Below are positions 28,895 through 43,330 of a stretch of 64,000 nt of DNA, one piece after another. The position numbers were made by a program, and so were the translations under genes. Below the pieces are notes generated by a model. The model made no database searches. It worked only from the letters and a program-made list of their open reading frames with translations, and was not told the origin of the DNA. Positions within the stretch are counted from its first letter, which is position 1. Every line of letters begins with the position of its first letter. Source of the DNA: Eledone cirrhosa (Eukaryota); NCBI GenBank assembly GCA_964016885.1, contig OZ024742.1:77252001-77316000 (forward strand). The letters are read 5' to 3'.

Positions 28895-29743
28895 TCATTG
28901 GAAAGTTCCCGTCCTTAGGTGTCTGCAGGCACCGAATAAGTCAGCCCTTCTGATTAATAGCTTGGTTCCGCCATGAAGAATCTCGATTGTCTCACTAAGA
29001 CAGAGGTTGCAAATACCAGACCCGCCTCTGTCTGGAGGAACCTTTCTAACCACGGACCAGACCAGAGAGTGCGGGATCTTTTCATGTTTGATCTTCCAGA
29101 TCAATTCAAAAAGGGCAGTACATTTCCTCTTATCTATTCTGTTAAAGGAATGGCGATGGTTATACCACCGACCTTTGAAGCTCCTCGCTGAGGATCCTAT
29201 GTAGTGGTGCTCCGAGTTAGGGGTTGTGACCTTGCATCTGTAGACTACGTTTTTCGTCATGCATTCATTACTAAGGGGGCATAGTGATGGGTCTCTGCAA
29301 TTACATGACTTCTTAAGCCCCACCATATGTACCGAGTGGTTACCGTCACTCGGGGTTGGCTGCGTAGGCTCCGCAATCAGCTCAGGGTCGTTGGCTTCCA
29401 GTGTGCTAGTTGGGCCTGTTCGCGTTCCGGTGCGTCTCGTGTGCTGGTTCTGTTGGATGGCGCTGGGGTTTACGGTGGTATTAGAGGCAGTGAGCCTATT
29501 CCTATTTATGCCAGCTATGTGCTGGGCTACGGAGCGTGTGGTTGAGTAGGAAAGTTTCACCGTGTGCCTGTTGAATATTTGATGGTACTTGTGGGCCCTA
29601 GGGAAATATTTATCCAGTACCCTAAAGAATGTTTTTGCCAGGCTGGTACGTAGACCCACCGAGTACGGAGGGTTATACCATGTGACCTTCCTGGTCCTAT
29701 TCTTGCGGGGTTTTTGTGTGTCCGCCGTCGCATGGTTGTGCAC
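28895..29743 (-). mobile_element. PLE 3' ORF fragment: linker plus GIY-YIG
   Basis: RKVTWYNPPYS, IFNRHTVKLSYS, CNCRDPSLCPLSNEC, NVVYRCKV..YIGSS..FKGRWYNH, CNLCLSE. Confidence 0.9.
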
Positions 29744-30069
29744 AGCTCAGATCGAGCTCGGTTGGTGTCACTCAGGTGTGCGGAGCGGTCAATATCATGA
29801 GGGTTATATGGGCCCACCGTGGGGCTATAAACCTGCGAGGTGCGGCCTCCCTGCTCAATTAGGATTCGACGGGTGGTGGGTCCGGTGCACGGGTGCTTAT
29901 GCTCCGCAGCACAGTGGTCTTCAGCGTTGTAGGTATTAGATCGTTGAGGTATGCGGGACCTTCTACCGGGGGTGGTGACGGATAGGCGTCTGGGAGTGTT
30001 ACTACTGGTCACCGAGGTATTAGGTGGGCGACTCATGCCCCTGAGGGTATATATATGTTTATATATATG

Positions 30070-30387
30070 GAGGCACATGGCTTAGTGGTTATTAGCCTTG
30101 CAATCGAAAGGTTGTGACTTCAATTCTCAGACCGGGTGATGTGTTGTTTCCTTGAGCAAGACACTTTATTTCAGATTGCTCCTGTTTACTCATCTGTAGA
30201 AATGAGATAAAGCACCCAGCCTACACTGTAAAGTGGACGTGTAGGCGCCACGGAAGAAAAGCACCCAGCACTCACTGTAAATGAGGTTGGTGTTAGGAAG
30301 GGCATCCAGCTGTAGAAATCAAGCCAGAATCAGTACCCGTCCCACCCTTGCAAGCAGGAAAAAGCGGACGTAAAATGATGATCATGA
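30070..30387 (+). mobile_element. tRNA-derived SINE, family 2
   Basis: A-box TGGCTTAGTGG, degenerate B-box, CCTTGAGCAAGACACTTTATTT, 3' tail GGACGTAAAATGATGAT. Confidence 0.75.
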
Positions 30388-30626
30388 TATATATGTATGT
30401 ATATGTGTGTGTGTATGTACCATTATGTATGTTTGTTGTGTGTGCGTGCGTGTATATGTGAATGTGCTTGTCGACACCTGGAATATATATTAAGAGAAAC
30501 TTAGCAATAAAGGGGAGGCCCCTCAACACTTGAATCTATGGACCCTTTCTTATCTTTGCACATTCTCCGACTAGACGCAAACATATGTGGATACAGCTGC
30601 TCACTAGCACACGCACCCCACCCCCT

Positions 30627-30686
<60 letters not shown>

Positions 30687-31388
30687 GGACGTTTCATATT
30701 TACTGAACGCTTCCATTCCACGTGCGTGAGATATCAATCAACGATCAAGGGACACTGCTAGTTTAGTGAGATATTTATATTGCCATCGTTAACTGTTTAC
30801 AACTTTGTGTAGTAAGCAACAGAGTGCATGCGTTCTCTCCGTTACGCACCGTTTCACAATCAACATTAAAGGTAGAGACGTATACCTCAAATACTATTGG
30901 CGTATATTTCAAAGCAAATAGTCACATCCGATTCTTTGCTCCTGTGTCATGCCATAAATTGATTCTCACTGGATTAGCTGGCATTTTGTATTATACAACA
31001 TAACAAATAATCTGAAACTACAATAATGAATCGTTGCAGTTAAAATACAGATGTCGTCCTCGGTTACATGTGAAATTTTCTAAAGGCATTGATGAAGTAT
31101 GACCTTAGTAGTAATAATTGAAAATTACTAAATGTTTTAGAACGTCTCAAAAGATATGATGAGGAATTGTAGGTTATCTTCACTGTGAAAACAAAAAGGA
31201 GTTATATAATATACACAGTGGTACGAATAATGATCATATTGTAAATGTTGGTTTACAAGTTTATGAATAAAGTATGCGCACACAAAGCCGTACCCATACT
31301 CATGTTTTCACGCAAGCGAGTATTCACACTCGCACGCACACGCAGAACCGCCCCCACCCCCTCTCTCTCTCTCTCTCCACACACACAG

Positions 31389-31434
<46 letters not shown>

Positions 31435-31439
31435 GGGGG

Positions 31440-31710
31440 AGCGTCGGACTTACAATTGTGACGTTGTGTGTTCGAATATCAAATCGGGCTTTGGGTTGTG
31501 CTCTTGAGCAAGACACTTTATTTTATGTTGCTCCATTTTACTTTGCTGCGAAGTCACTTGTTCCAACCTTACAGCACCTTGTACGAAATGGGTGACGTGA
31601 AGAGGGGCAACTGGTATGCATGGGCGATATCTGGTCTTCCACAAACTATCTTGACCAGTCTTGCGCCTCTGAGGGGCACTTTCTGCGGCAAATGCCATAG
31701 TCATTCAACC
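31440..31710 (+). mobile_element. Diverged SINE related to family 2
   Basis: GTTCGAAT and CTTGAGCAAGACACTTTATTTTATGTTGCTCC shared with the 30070 copy. Confidence 0.6.
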
Positions 31711-31720
31711 AAAGGGCTTC

Positions 31721-31759
<39 letters not shown>

Positions 31760-31760
<1 letters not shown>

Positions 31761-32073
31761 TAGAAGGGGTATTTAATTTGTTGGAAATCCGACAAACATA
31801 AATATAAATGTTTATAACTGATTTAGAGCACTCAACAGTTTCCTGGACTAAATATTCAATGATATTAAATAAATGGAAACTATATTTATTATATATATTT
31901 CTATCCAGAGAATATCCAACTGATAACTTATGATTTTCCTGGATATGTCTCTATTTATAAAACAAACTTTGTATTTTATCTGAAGAAAGCGTAGCAAAGT
32001 GTTTTGGTACTCTTGAAATATATATAATAACATAAATCTGGTTTTACAAATCTAGTTTCCATTTATTGAATAT

Positions 32074-32078
<5 letters not shown>
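31760..32078 (+). mobile_element. Family A PLE terminus with HHR (31973-32030) and partial inversion
   Basis: ATTTTATCTGAAGAAAGCGTAGCAAAG..TTTTGGTACTCTTGAAATATATATAATAAC; 31857-31885 is inverted against 32050-32078. Confidence 0.65.
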
Positions 32079-32151
<73 letters not shown>

Positions 32152-32283
32152 ATAATAATACTGTTTATAGTTATGTATATACTATAAACAACTATAAACA
32201 GGAAAGGTCAGTAATTTCCTACTATATTACTACCAGTAAGAGAAATAGTTCAATGTAAGAACATGAGTTGTTTTACAGAGCAG

Positions 32284-32366
<83 letters not shown>

Positions 32367-32368
<2 letters not shown>

Positions 32369-32550
32369 TGTTTCTACTTTTGGCACAAGGCCAGCAATTT
32401 CTCAGTGCATTACTGGTACATTATTTTATCGACCCCGTAAGGATGAAAGACAAAGTTAACCTCGGCGGGATTTGATTCAGAATGGCAAGGGCCGTAACTC
32501 TATGTGTCAAAGCATGGTGTCCGACCCTCTACCAATATTGCCAATCCACT
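32367..32550 (-). mobile_element. SINE family 1 copy
   Basis: Reverse complement of 2817-3003; interrupts a short duplication (TATAGTTATGTATATACTATAAACAACTATAA at about 32166 and 32559). Confidence 0.8.
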
Positions 32551-32599
32551 CTACTATTTATAGTTATGTATATACTATAAACAACTATAATCAGGAAAG

Positions 32600-33329
32600 G
32601 TCAGTGTACCATAATATTATCAATAAAAATACCATTAAAATCTCTTACTCTACGACACCTAACATCGCATACCATATAGCTAGTAGTAACAGAAGGAAGA
32701 TTAATAATTATTTCCAACTAATTAAAACACAAGAGGTAAACTTAATTCCTGTAAACCATAGTAGTAATAATAGTTATAATGCTAATAGCACTAATGAAAT
32801 CAATAACAATAGGAATGACAACCATCATTATCCTAATGCTATCCCTAGCAACCAGACTTCTACACAACATAGTAACCGCCAAGCAAACATCCAGAATAAA
32901 TGTAACTGTAGAACTAATAGAACTTGCCCTTTAGGTAATAATTGCTTAAACAAAGACATCATCTACTCATGCACCGTCACCGCTAGCAACTCTTCTAAAA
33001 CATATATTGTCTCAACTTCGAACTGCTTCAAGACGAGATACAACTCGCACCTCCACTCTTTCAAAAAACACAATCTAGCCAACTCCACTTTTTTATCTAG
33101 TTACGTACACTGTCTGAAAACTAGGAATAGACCATTTACACTTCAATGGGAAGTAGTAGGTAGGGCCACATCGTATAAACCACCGAATAAATTGTGTAAT
33201 CTCTGTTTTCTAGAGACCTGTACTATAATCTTTTCGAAACTAGACCTCCTAAATAGAAAGTCAGAGATATTTTCCTCATGCCAGCACCACTACCGACACT
33301 CGTTCCATAACTTTAAACCTAGCTGCTAG
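32600..33329 (+). mobile_element. PLE 3' ORF fragment: linker plus GIY-YIG
   Basis: NKNTIKISYSTTPN, CNCRTNRTCPLGNNC, IIYSCTV..TYIVST..FKTRYNSH, CNLCFLE, CQH. Confidence 0.88.
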
Positions 33330-34643
33330 TATATAACAATGTCAAATTTGAATTCCTCACCACCATTAACACTTCACATCTAGGACTTATCAGCCCCCAC
33401 AGCTACACACTCTTTGATCAGCCCCTTCCTCTACACAACTCCTATTTATCTCTAACCTTATACTCTGCAATAACTGTTAGAATTAAGTATACAGTTACCA
33501 CCTTTTGATATAACTACTATAGCTTAATTATATTATATACAGTAATGGATATATAATATGTAGAGACATTTAATGTAATATGTAATAATAAATTATATAT
33601 ACATTTATAATTAAATATTTAAATAAATAGCATGTATATAAGGGATTTACTTTTAACACAATATAATAATAATAAAGTATATATACATTCATAATTAAAT
33701 ATATAAAGTAATAGCATTGTATATAAGGGATTAACTTTTAACACAATAATGTATATTATTACACAAATGATCTAACTATTTGGACATGTAAACAACTATA
33801 CGATTTTTCCATAACATATATCTTGTCCAGTAATGAATAGATAACAATCTAAAGAGACCTTTAATGTATTATAGGAAAATACACTGTATTTAAATTAAGT
33901 ATAAATTATGTAATAGATATTCACTTGTATCACATTATAATGTGTATTAGAGCAAATAATTTAAATAATTGAATTTAATTAGCTAGTTACCTCCCCTTAC
34001 TCATTAGCTCCCCTTAATCTTGGATCACATACTCACTTCCGGAAATTAAACCGTTGGAAAAACTACCTGTTGAACAACTCTACTCCATGAATAAGAATAC
34101 AATAAGACTAATTTACAATCCATTGCTTTAACTAACTTAAAACATTCAATATAAACATTAACTAAAATATAATTTGACATATGTAATGGAAAGGACTGAT
34201 GTAACTTTGTTTTTCTCAACACACAAATTCGAACACTATCAACATATTACATCCGCCATAGATTTTAATACATTAACATATTTGCTTACCATTCAGTATT
34301 TATTTATCTGTATATGCTTAATACCTTTGCTTATTTCCTTCTCATATATATGACTAACGCATGTGCACTTTCTACACGCTTGCATATGTACTACTGATGT
34401 ACTATTCCTCTCTCAAAGCTTCTTTCTCAATGACTCTTTAATTATTAGACTATTCTCTTGTATTATCTGATGCATGTATTCCACTCTGTGCTTTTAATTT
34501 GAATTATTGTACAATTCTCTTTCAATATATGTCGCATCCAGTACACCCTGTAAATACGAAACTGTTGTTTACAACATCAATATATATGTATCTATATGAT
34601 TATTCAGTTGAATAGGAGGTTAATTATATGTACAAACAGTGAT

Positions 34644-34694
34644 ATTGTTCCGATGATACCAAACGAAAGTTTGGAAGAAACGATTGTCAGCTAT
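34644..34694 (+). ncRNA. Hammerhead-like motif at the 3' end of the 32600 PLE
   Basis: ATTGTT-CCGATGA-TA-CCAAAC(GAAA)GTTTGG-AA-GAAAC-GATT-GTC-AGCTAT; one core substitution. Confidence 0.55.
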
Positions 34695-34728
34695 TAAATG
34701 ATTTGAACACATCTTTGATAATTGTCTA

Positions 34729-34791
<63 letters not shown>

Positions 34792-34816
34792 TGTAATAAA
34801 CAACATAAGATAATTA

Positions 34817-34877
34817 TTTCATTTACCAGTGGTTTCTTGAAGGCAAACAAAATTTGCTTTCAATCATCAGAATGAAA
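34817..34877 (-). ncRNA. Type I hammerhead ribozyme
   Basis: TTTCATT-CTGATGA-TTGAAAGCAAA(TTTTG)TTTGCCTTCAA-GAAAC-CACTG-GTA-AATGAAA. Confidence 0.8.
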
Positions 34878-35580
34878 AAATCCTGGTGTATTTATTGACT
34901 GGATTTTAAAAACAAAAGTATAATCTATATGAAAGTGAGGCTGGAAAAGCAAGAAAAGGAAGACGGAAAGGAAAAAGAATAAGTATAAAAGTAGATAAAC
35001 ACACATGCACACACAAACACGCGCACACACATATACATACACACACATATATACATATACACTTATATATATATATATACACATATATATATATATACAT
35101 ATACATACACATATATATACACCTACAAATACACATACATATACATATACAGACATACACACATATATATCCACATATTCATACATACACATACACACAA
35201 ATACACAAACACATACTCATACATATATACACAGGTACATACACGCACATACATACACACATATATACACGCATACATACGCACACACACATATAGATAT
35301 ATGTACACACACCTACATACGCACTCACACAATGAATAATAAGAAAACATATAATAAAAATAAAAAAAAATAGACGACCATATAGGCCGTCACATAAGAA
35401 TTTAAATAAGTGTAAAAATTATTATAAAGTTGACAGCGATACAGGAAAGGACACAAATAAATGAACAAACACACGTGGTAAGCAATACACACATTTACAC
35501 ATACACATACATACGTATAAATAAATACATAGACGCATACACACACACATACACATACATATACATACATATATATATAC

Positions 35581-35663
<83 letters not shown>

Positions 35664-35761
35664 CACACACCCATACATATATATACACACACACGTGTAT
35701 GTGTGTAAAACTCATTCTTTGAAGTATTCATTGAACCTTGTTTAACACTTAAATATATATA

Positions 35762-36222
35762 TACAATATATTAACAAATGGAAACTATATTTATAAAACC
35801 ATATTTATTTTATTATACATATTTCAAGGGTCACCAAGGCAGATTATGGTGCGCTTTCATCAAATAAAATATAATACAGATTAGTTTTATAAATAAATAT
35901 TGAAATACCCTGAAAAATGCAACATTAACGGTTGGAGCTTCCTGGTTAGTCAGGAAGCTCCAACCGTTAAGGTTGCATTTTTTCAGGGTATGTCAATATT
36001 TATTTATAAAACTAATCTGTATTATATTTTATTTGATGAAAGCGCACCATAATCTGCCTTGGTGGCCCTTGAAACATGTATAATAGAATAAATATGGTTT
36101 TATAAATATAGTTTCCATTTCTTAATATATTGTATATTTAATCCAATAATTTGTTGAGCACTTTATATCAGTTATAAAAATATTTTAGCTTGTTGTATAC
36201 CAACAAATTAAATATAACCTCT
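35762..36222 (+). mobile_element. Family A fold-back unit
   Basis: Palindrome centred near 35947; HHR at 36026-36090 with TTGATGA core. Confidence 0.8.
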
Positions 36223-36224
36223 AC

Positions 36225-36311
<87 letters not shown>

Positions 36312-36334
36312 TATTTAAGAAAATACATAAATAT

Positions 36335-36975
36335 TATATATATATAAAAATAAAAAGATGAGAGGGAAAACAAATAGTTGGGAATACGACAAATAATAAA
36401 TAAATAAATAAATAGATAAAGGTATAAATGTTTATAGCTGATTTAGAGCACTCAAAAAGTTCCTGAAGCAAATAATCAATGAAAATAAACATTAAATCAC
36501 TCTGTATGTAATTATGCACATACATACACATATATATATATATATATACACACTCACACACACACCCACACACACAACTATACAAATACACACATATATA
36601 CATACATATAAATACATATACACACACATATATATATATATATACATATAGGAAAAAGTATGACCCTGACGGCAGAGCTCAAGCCGTTTCTGAGGCTATT
36701 ATATATATACATACACACATACATATATAAAATGGTTATATTTGTATGGTTGTGCGTGTGTGTGTCTATATATATGTGTATGTATGTGCATAATTACATA
36801 CAGAGTGATTTAATGTTTATTTTCAATGATTATTTGTTCCAGGAGTTTGTTGAGTGCTCTAAACCAGCTATAAATATTCATACCTTTATCTATTTACTTA
36901 TTTATTTATTATTTGTCGTATTCGCAACTATTCGTTTACCCCTTTCACCTTTTTATTTATATATATATATATATA
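36335..36975. repeat. Inverted pair of PLE tail-like segments
   Basis: About 36340-36540 is the reverse complement of 36768-36965. Confidence 0.7.
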
Positions 36976-36990
36976 ATATTGATGCATTTT

Positions 36991-37127
<137 letters not shown>

Positions 37128-37562
37128 CTTTTGAGTATATGTTGGTTGTATACCAACACCTAGTATGCAGGCTGGAGCACTCGACGAAGTGCGCAGGTTG
37201 GTTTGGTTACTCCGGAGTAACGTAAAATAAAGTAAAATAAAAGTCAAATGTTTAAAATTTAGCTTCGTTTATTACTGCTATATATAATTCGGTGACAGCC
37301 ATCTTTGGCTGTCACCACTTCAGGCAGTCCGTATTAGTGTGGTATAGACAAGTACATATGTTGTTGAGGTGTATAATTTTGTCAATACTCTTAGTTGGCC
37401 AGTTCCTGGTTGCGTTGTTATTTCACTGAGGAACTGGAATCATATGATTGAAGAATCATATGACTGAAGAGGTCACAGCCAAAGATGGCTGTCACCGAAA
37501 TATATATAGCAAGTAATAAACGAAGCTAAATTTTAAAGATTTGACTTATTTTACTTTATATT
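37128..37562 (-). mobile_element. Family C fold-back unit with two HHR copies
   Basis: HHR at 37274-37328 (-, mutated) and 37464-37510 (+); homologous to 44958-45280. Confidence 0.8.
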
Positions 37563-37675
37563 ATATATATATATATTTAAGAGTTAAACAAGGTTCAATG
37601 AATACTTCAAAGAATGAGTTTTACACACATACATGTGTGTGTGTCTATATATGTATGTATGTGTGTGTGTATATG

Positions 37676-37782
<107 letters not shown>

Positions 37783-38128
37783 ATATATATATGTATGTAT
37801 GTGTATGTGTGTGTGTGTGTATGTATTTATTTATATGTATGTATGTGTATGTGTAATTGTGTGTATTGCTTACCACGTGTGTTTGTTCATTTATTTGTGT
37901 CCTTTCCTGTATCGCTGTCAACTTTATAATAATTTTTCCATTTATTGTTATTCTTATGTGACGGCCTATTGTTTTTTATTTTTATTATTATATTTTTTCT
38001 TATAATTAATTGTGTGTGTGCGTATGTAGGTGTGCGTACATATATCTATATGTGTGTGTGCGTATGTATGCGTGTATATATATGTGAATGTATGTGTGTG
38101 TATGTACGTGTGTATATATGTAGGATTA

Positions 38129-38167
<39 letters not shown>

Positions 38168-38502
38168 GTGTGTGTGTGTTTTGTGTATTTTTGTGTATTT
38201 TTATGTATGGATATGTGGATATATATGTGTGTATGTATATGTATATGTATGTGTATTTGTACGTGTATATATATGTGTATGTATATGTACATATATATAT
38301 ATATGTATATATATATGTATATGTATATATGTGTGTGTATGTATATGTGTGTGTACGTGTATGTGTGTGTGCATGTGTGTTTATCTATCTTTATACTTAT
38401 TCTTTTTCCTTTCCTTCTTCCTGTTCTTCCTTTTTCAGCCTCACTTTCATATAGATTATATTTTGTTTTTAAAATCCACTGTCAATAAATACACCAGGAT
38501 TT

Positions 38503-38563
38503 TTTCATTTTGATGATTGAAAGCAAATTTTGTTTGCTTTCAAGAAACGACTGGTAAATGAAA
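38503..38563 (+). ncRNA. Hammerhead ribozyme, mirror of 34817-34877
   Basis: TTTCATT-TTGATGA-11-bp stem II-GAAACGACTGGTA-AATGAAA; first core base changed from C to T. Confidence 0.65.
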
Positions 38564-38656
38564 TAATTAACTTATGTTGTTTATTACATAACTATTAAGC
38601 TCTGTAACCTACATAGAGCAGTCTTTTTTCCTGGACATTTCCGACGGAATTACTTC

Positions 38657-38722
<66 letters not shown>

Positions 38723-39197
38723 CCAAACATGTGTGTGTATGTGTGTGTATGTGTGCGCACGCGTGTGTGCGTGTATGTGTCTTTGTGTTTGTCTTTGTTT
38801 TTTCACTACGTACAGTTACAATCGGTTAGTCGATGTAAGCACTCGATGCTCTTACAAGTCTTGTCTCGAATTGTGTTGTATTGCAGGGTTAACGTGACTG
38901 TATTGTGCAGCGGGTAAATAAAGTTAGGCAGGATTGAAATCAATTTATCCGCTTATATATAAATGTTATTGCCATATAACAATTGTTTCAATATCGATCA
39001 GGTCAGGAGGTCGATATCGACAACAAAACTTCAATACCAGCTAAAACCAAAGCTCTTCCGTCAATATATGTCAATAAATTTGACGGCGTTGTCCAACCAA
39101 GTGTGAGGATAACATCATCACCAACACCAGCAACATGTATCACAATATCAGTAAGACCAACATGTTAGTCCTTACCTCTTTGTTCTTCAACAGGGTC

Positions 39198-39259
<62 letters not shown>

Positions 39260-39263
39260 CAGT
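39198..39263. repeat. (AGT)n microsatellite
   Basis: Directly visible. Confidence 0.95.
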
Positions 39264-39473
39264 AGGACAATCCGGAGATGCATAAACTCCAATAGTTGTC
39301 GTGGTATCATTGAGTTTCATTTTGATGTCCCCTTGAAAGCGACGTTCCGAAATCTCGCTTCGGTTACATTAGTGTATCCATGAGACAGTACTCGAGTTAG
39401 CCTGTATTTGGAACTTCTTGTATCGGTTGATAGGACCGGAGTACCGATGTAGTGAATCCAAGGAACATGAATA

Positions 39474-40260
39474 ATGATTTCTAATATAGGGACAAGGCCA
39501 GTAAATTGAGGGAAGGGGAAAGTCGATTAATTCCACCCCAGTACGTTACTGATGCTTTATTTTAGCGAGCCCATAATGATGAATAGCAAACGTAACCTCG
39601 GCGGGATTTGAACTCGGACCGTAAATGACTGTAAATCCATGCTGTAAAGCATGGTGTCCGACTCTGCCTGCCGATACTGCCAAATAACCGCCCTACGGAA
39701 CATGAATAATGAACATAAATAGTAAGACATGTCGTAAAAAATCATGAAATGTGAAATAATATTACATAAAAAAATATAGGAAATAATAAGACAAGGTACG
39801 GAATAATAATTTGATGGTAACGATATTATAAAAATACAAGTAATAGTGAAATAATAATAGTTTCTTATATAGGCACAAAGCCAGCAATTTTGGGGGAGGG
39901 GAAACTGGTACTTTATTTTATCGACCGCGTAAGGATGAAAGGCAAAGTTAACCTCGGCGGGATTTGAACTCAGACCATAAAGGGACGTAACTTTATGCTC
40001 CAAAGCATGGCGTCCGACCCTCTATCGATACTGCCAATCCACTGCCCTTAATAGTGAAATAATAATGCTAGTCCATGAAGTAATAAACAGGATAAAATAA
40101 CAGAACATAGCAAATCGCAGTGCATATAAGTTGTTTAATACATAATTGTTTCTACTTTAAGCACAAGGCCATCAAATTACCCAGTACATTACTGGTACTT
40201 TATTTTATCGACCCCGTAAGGATGAAAGGCAAAGTTAACCTCGGCGGGATTTGAACTCAT
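39474..40260 (-). mobile_element. Cluster of three SINE family 1 copies
   Basis: Copies at about 39474-39693, 39858-40048 and 40145-40260, all on the minus strand. Confidence 0.8.
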
Positions 40261-40577
40261 CCGTCCTTTATATTCTCTTTTTGACGTAAATTTATACTTT
40301 TTCGTTTATCTATTTTCTTCCTACTCTATATACACATTAATAAGTGTACAGAAAGAAATCCCCTAATATCTTTCAAAAGTTTAAATGTAATTTTGCAGGT
40401 ATAAACTCGCATAACTGATGATATGTCAAAGCAGAGTCGGATCCCGGTCATTATAATTGTACCCTAACATGATCGATATTAAAGCGATTGTAATATGCAA
40501 ATAAAATGTTATACATGGTCGCACATTGAATTCAATCCTGCTTACTGATATATATATATATGTGTGTGTATATGTCT

Positions 40578-40632
<55 letters not shown>

Positions 40633-42345
40633 TGTGTATGTGTGTGTGTCTGTGTCTGTATGTGCGTGTTTGTGTGTGTGTATGTGTGTATTTATGAATG
40701 TGTATGTGTCTTTTTGTGCATATATATATTTGTGTATTATTATTAAGGTGTTCTATTATGCAATGTAATCTCCAATCTTCTTATCCTTTACTACGGCCGT
40801 GTTGGAACTGATAAATTAACGATGTATGCCCAATTATAGATCAATTAAATAATATTTAGAGGTTCCACACTTTCACATCTTTATATTTATGACCATCTTA
40901 GGACCTGGCTTGTTGTATATTGTCTTTTCTCTTCACTTTACTGAATCTAATGAGTCAACCACACAACAGAAAGAAATGAAATGGAAATAACCAGAAGAAA
41001 TATGATCTAAATCCACAATAATGTTTGGGTTAAATAAAGGAAACATTTTTATAGATTAAATTTGTTACCAGAAACAACTCCATTTACCCTCTGGGGGACT
41101 TGTTGAAACGATAATAAGTAGACGAATGAAATGAAAATTAGCAGAAAGAAGATGTTCTGAATACACAAGAAATTTGGGGTTAAATATAGAAAGAAATGTT
41201 ATGAATGAAATCTATCACAGAAAACGATTTTTTTTTAGATTTCGTGACTCACGTGATGTAAGCGTAAGTTGTTCTTTGAGCAGAACTATCTTGAACACAT
41301 ATTTGGCCTTAACCATCCAACAAGTCTGGTCGTAAGGTCCTGGGACAGAAAAGGAGAGCTGGGCTGGGGAGATAGCCAACCACCAAGATAGAGAAGGGAG
41401 AGCTTTATATTCTCGACATAGTCTTTTCGTGGGTGATCACCAGAATACAGTCAGATAATAATCAACCATCTCCCCTTTCATTTGTATCAGCTTGTTGGTG
41501 CATGTCGGTGTTTCTAGTGGCATTTTTGAAGGACATGCCAATTATTCTATCCTTAATTTTGACTCCTTGAATTTCCTTCAAAGTAACTTCAGCAATTTGT
41601 TGTCCGGTTTCATCTCTTGCAAGAGCTCAATTAAAACTGTAATCTAATATTCGACTGTGCTGGATTGGAAAGCCGATGGTAATAACCCTCTATCCTAGTG
41701 GAGGACAAGCCGGATCAATCTTCAGGTGGAAAAGCGGATAACTCGATTTCCTGAGCCATCTTCTCCCGTTGACTGGTTTTTGTTCGATAAATCGATAAAT
41801 ACATTTTTTCTTTTTTTATTGAGAAGACGGGAGACTGAGCCCTAAGACATATCTTGACAAAGACTCTTAGCAACTGCGATGTAAGAAGTAGTACTTGCTT
41901 GTCCTACCGTTAGTTACTCCCTTTCCTACGTGGTACCAACAGTGGCATGGAGAGTCGACTTTATTCGTGGTAATTTCCCGGCCGGTGCTGACTTGAAGAT
42001 TTCTTCACCATCATTATCATAATCATCATCATCATCAATAATAGGTGAGCTGGATGACAAACTTCCAAGAGCTACTTCATCGGACATCTTGACATATTCG
42101 TCCTGCATTCCCTTACTTTCATATCATGAATCTTTTTTCTTCTTCTGTATAGCTATCTTCAAAATCAACCAAGAAACATGACAATCGATCTTTCACTGTG
42201 TCTCAACTAAAGCTATGTCACCTTTTTGTTTGAGAATGTCACGGCTTTCAATGCCAAATCTTCCATCGAGAACACCTTTCCAAATCTCACACCTGGCAAT
42301 AGCTTTTTACGTCATCCTAGACTTCTTTTTTTACGTTTTTACACT

Positions 42346-42425
<80 letters not shown>

Positions 42426-42699
42426 TCTATCTATTTATCTATATATCTCTTCCTCACGATCTCTCTCCCCCTCTTTCTCTCTCTCGATTAATCTCTCTTG
42501 TATGTCATATGCATAATGGATTTAGAGCCACGTGGAGGTTGTTTAGTCAGACTATGGCGTAATTTGTAGTATTATGGATTGCCTCCAGCCCACCCGGAAA
42601 ACGTCTGAGGGGATAATCCCGAACAACATGAAACACAGTCCGATCTGGAATGAGCTTCATTTTCCAACGATGGAGATGATGTGCTAACATGCCATTTGT

Positions 42700-43330
42700 G
42701 GTGCGGATCCGATTAAGGCACCGCCATTGCTTTCTAGGAAGTTAACAGCAAAATGACGAGGATGGCAACTTTGAACTCATTCCATTATCTTAGTCACTCG
42801 TTTTCAGATCAAAGTTATTGTCTTGAAGGGTCTTCATTGATTTCTAGAATTGAGTGCGTGAGTATAAGCGTATGTTGGAAAGGCTTTCCAAGACTTCATG
42901 GTTGCGAATATTGGATATGGGCTTACACTTTGGAAAAAGGGCTACCTCATAGATCATCACCTGGTGCCGCATGTGAGAAGAGGCTATATGTAAAAGGGTA
43001 GGTAGTGGCAGAGGTGTAGATTTCAGTGTGTTAAATAATATTCTCATTGCCGAGTTGAGGATGTTGTCAACTTGCTTGGCATTGCAGCTCCGTACACATA
43101 CCGGTGAACAGTACTCTGCAAGTACTAAGCATGCAGTTCGGAGTGTGTGTGCATCAGACTCCCAGCTGTTTCCTGCTGATTTGCGGTTAATATTAATCCT
43201 AGCCTTCATCTTTCCAGAAACACTCTTTAGGTCCTCTGAGTAGGTCAGGCTGCTCCTTATACATTTTCTCGATTGAAGTGCGGTTGCTTTTTTATAGCTG
43301 TATGTGCTTTTCCCCACACTTCCTGGACCT
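42700..43330 (-). mobile_element. Vingi/Ingi-like LINE remnant, RT C-terminal region
   Basis: AGNSWESDAHTLRTACLVLAEYCSPVCVRSCNAKQVDNILNSAMRILFNTLKSTPLPLP; clade assigned from remembered motif similarity. Confidence 0.7.

Noticed and set aside
41280-42340. Coding-like minus-strand stretch including the 60-aa acidic ORF
   Set aside because: Multiple stops and no recognisable motif; perhaps a decayed LINE ORF1, but this cannot be supported
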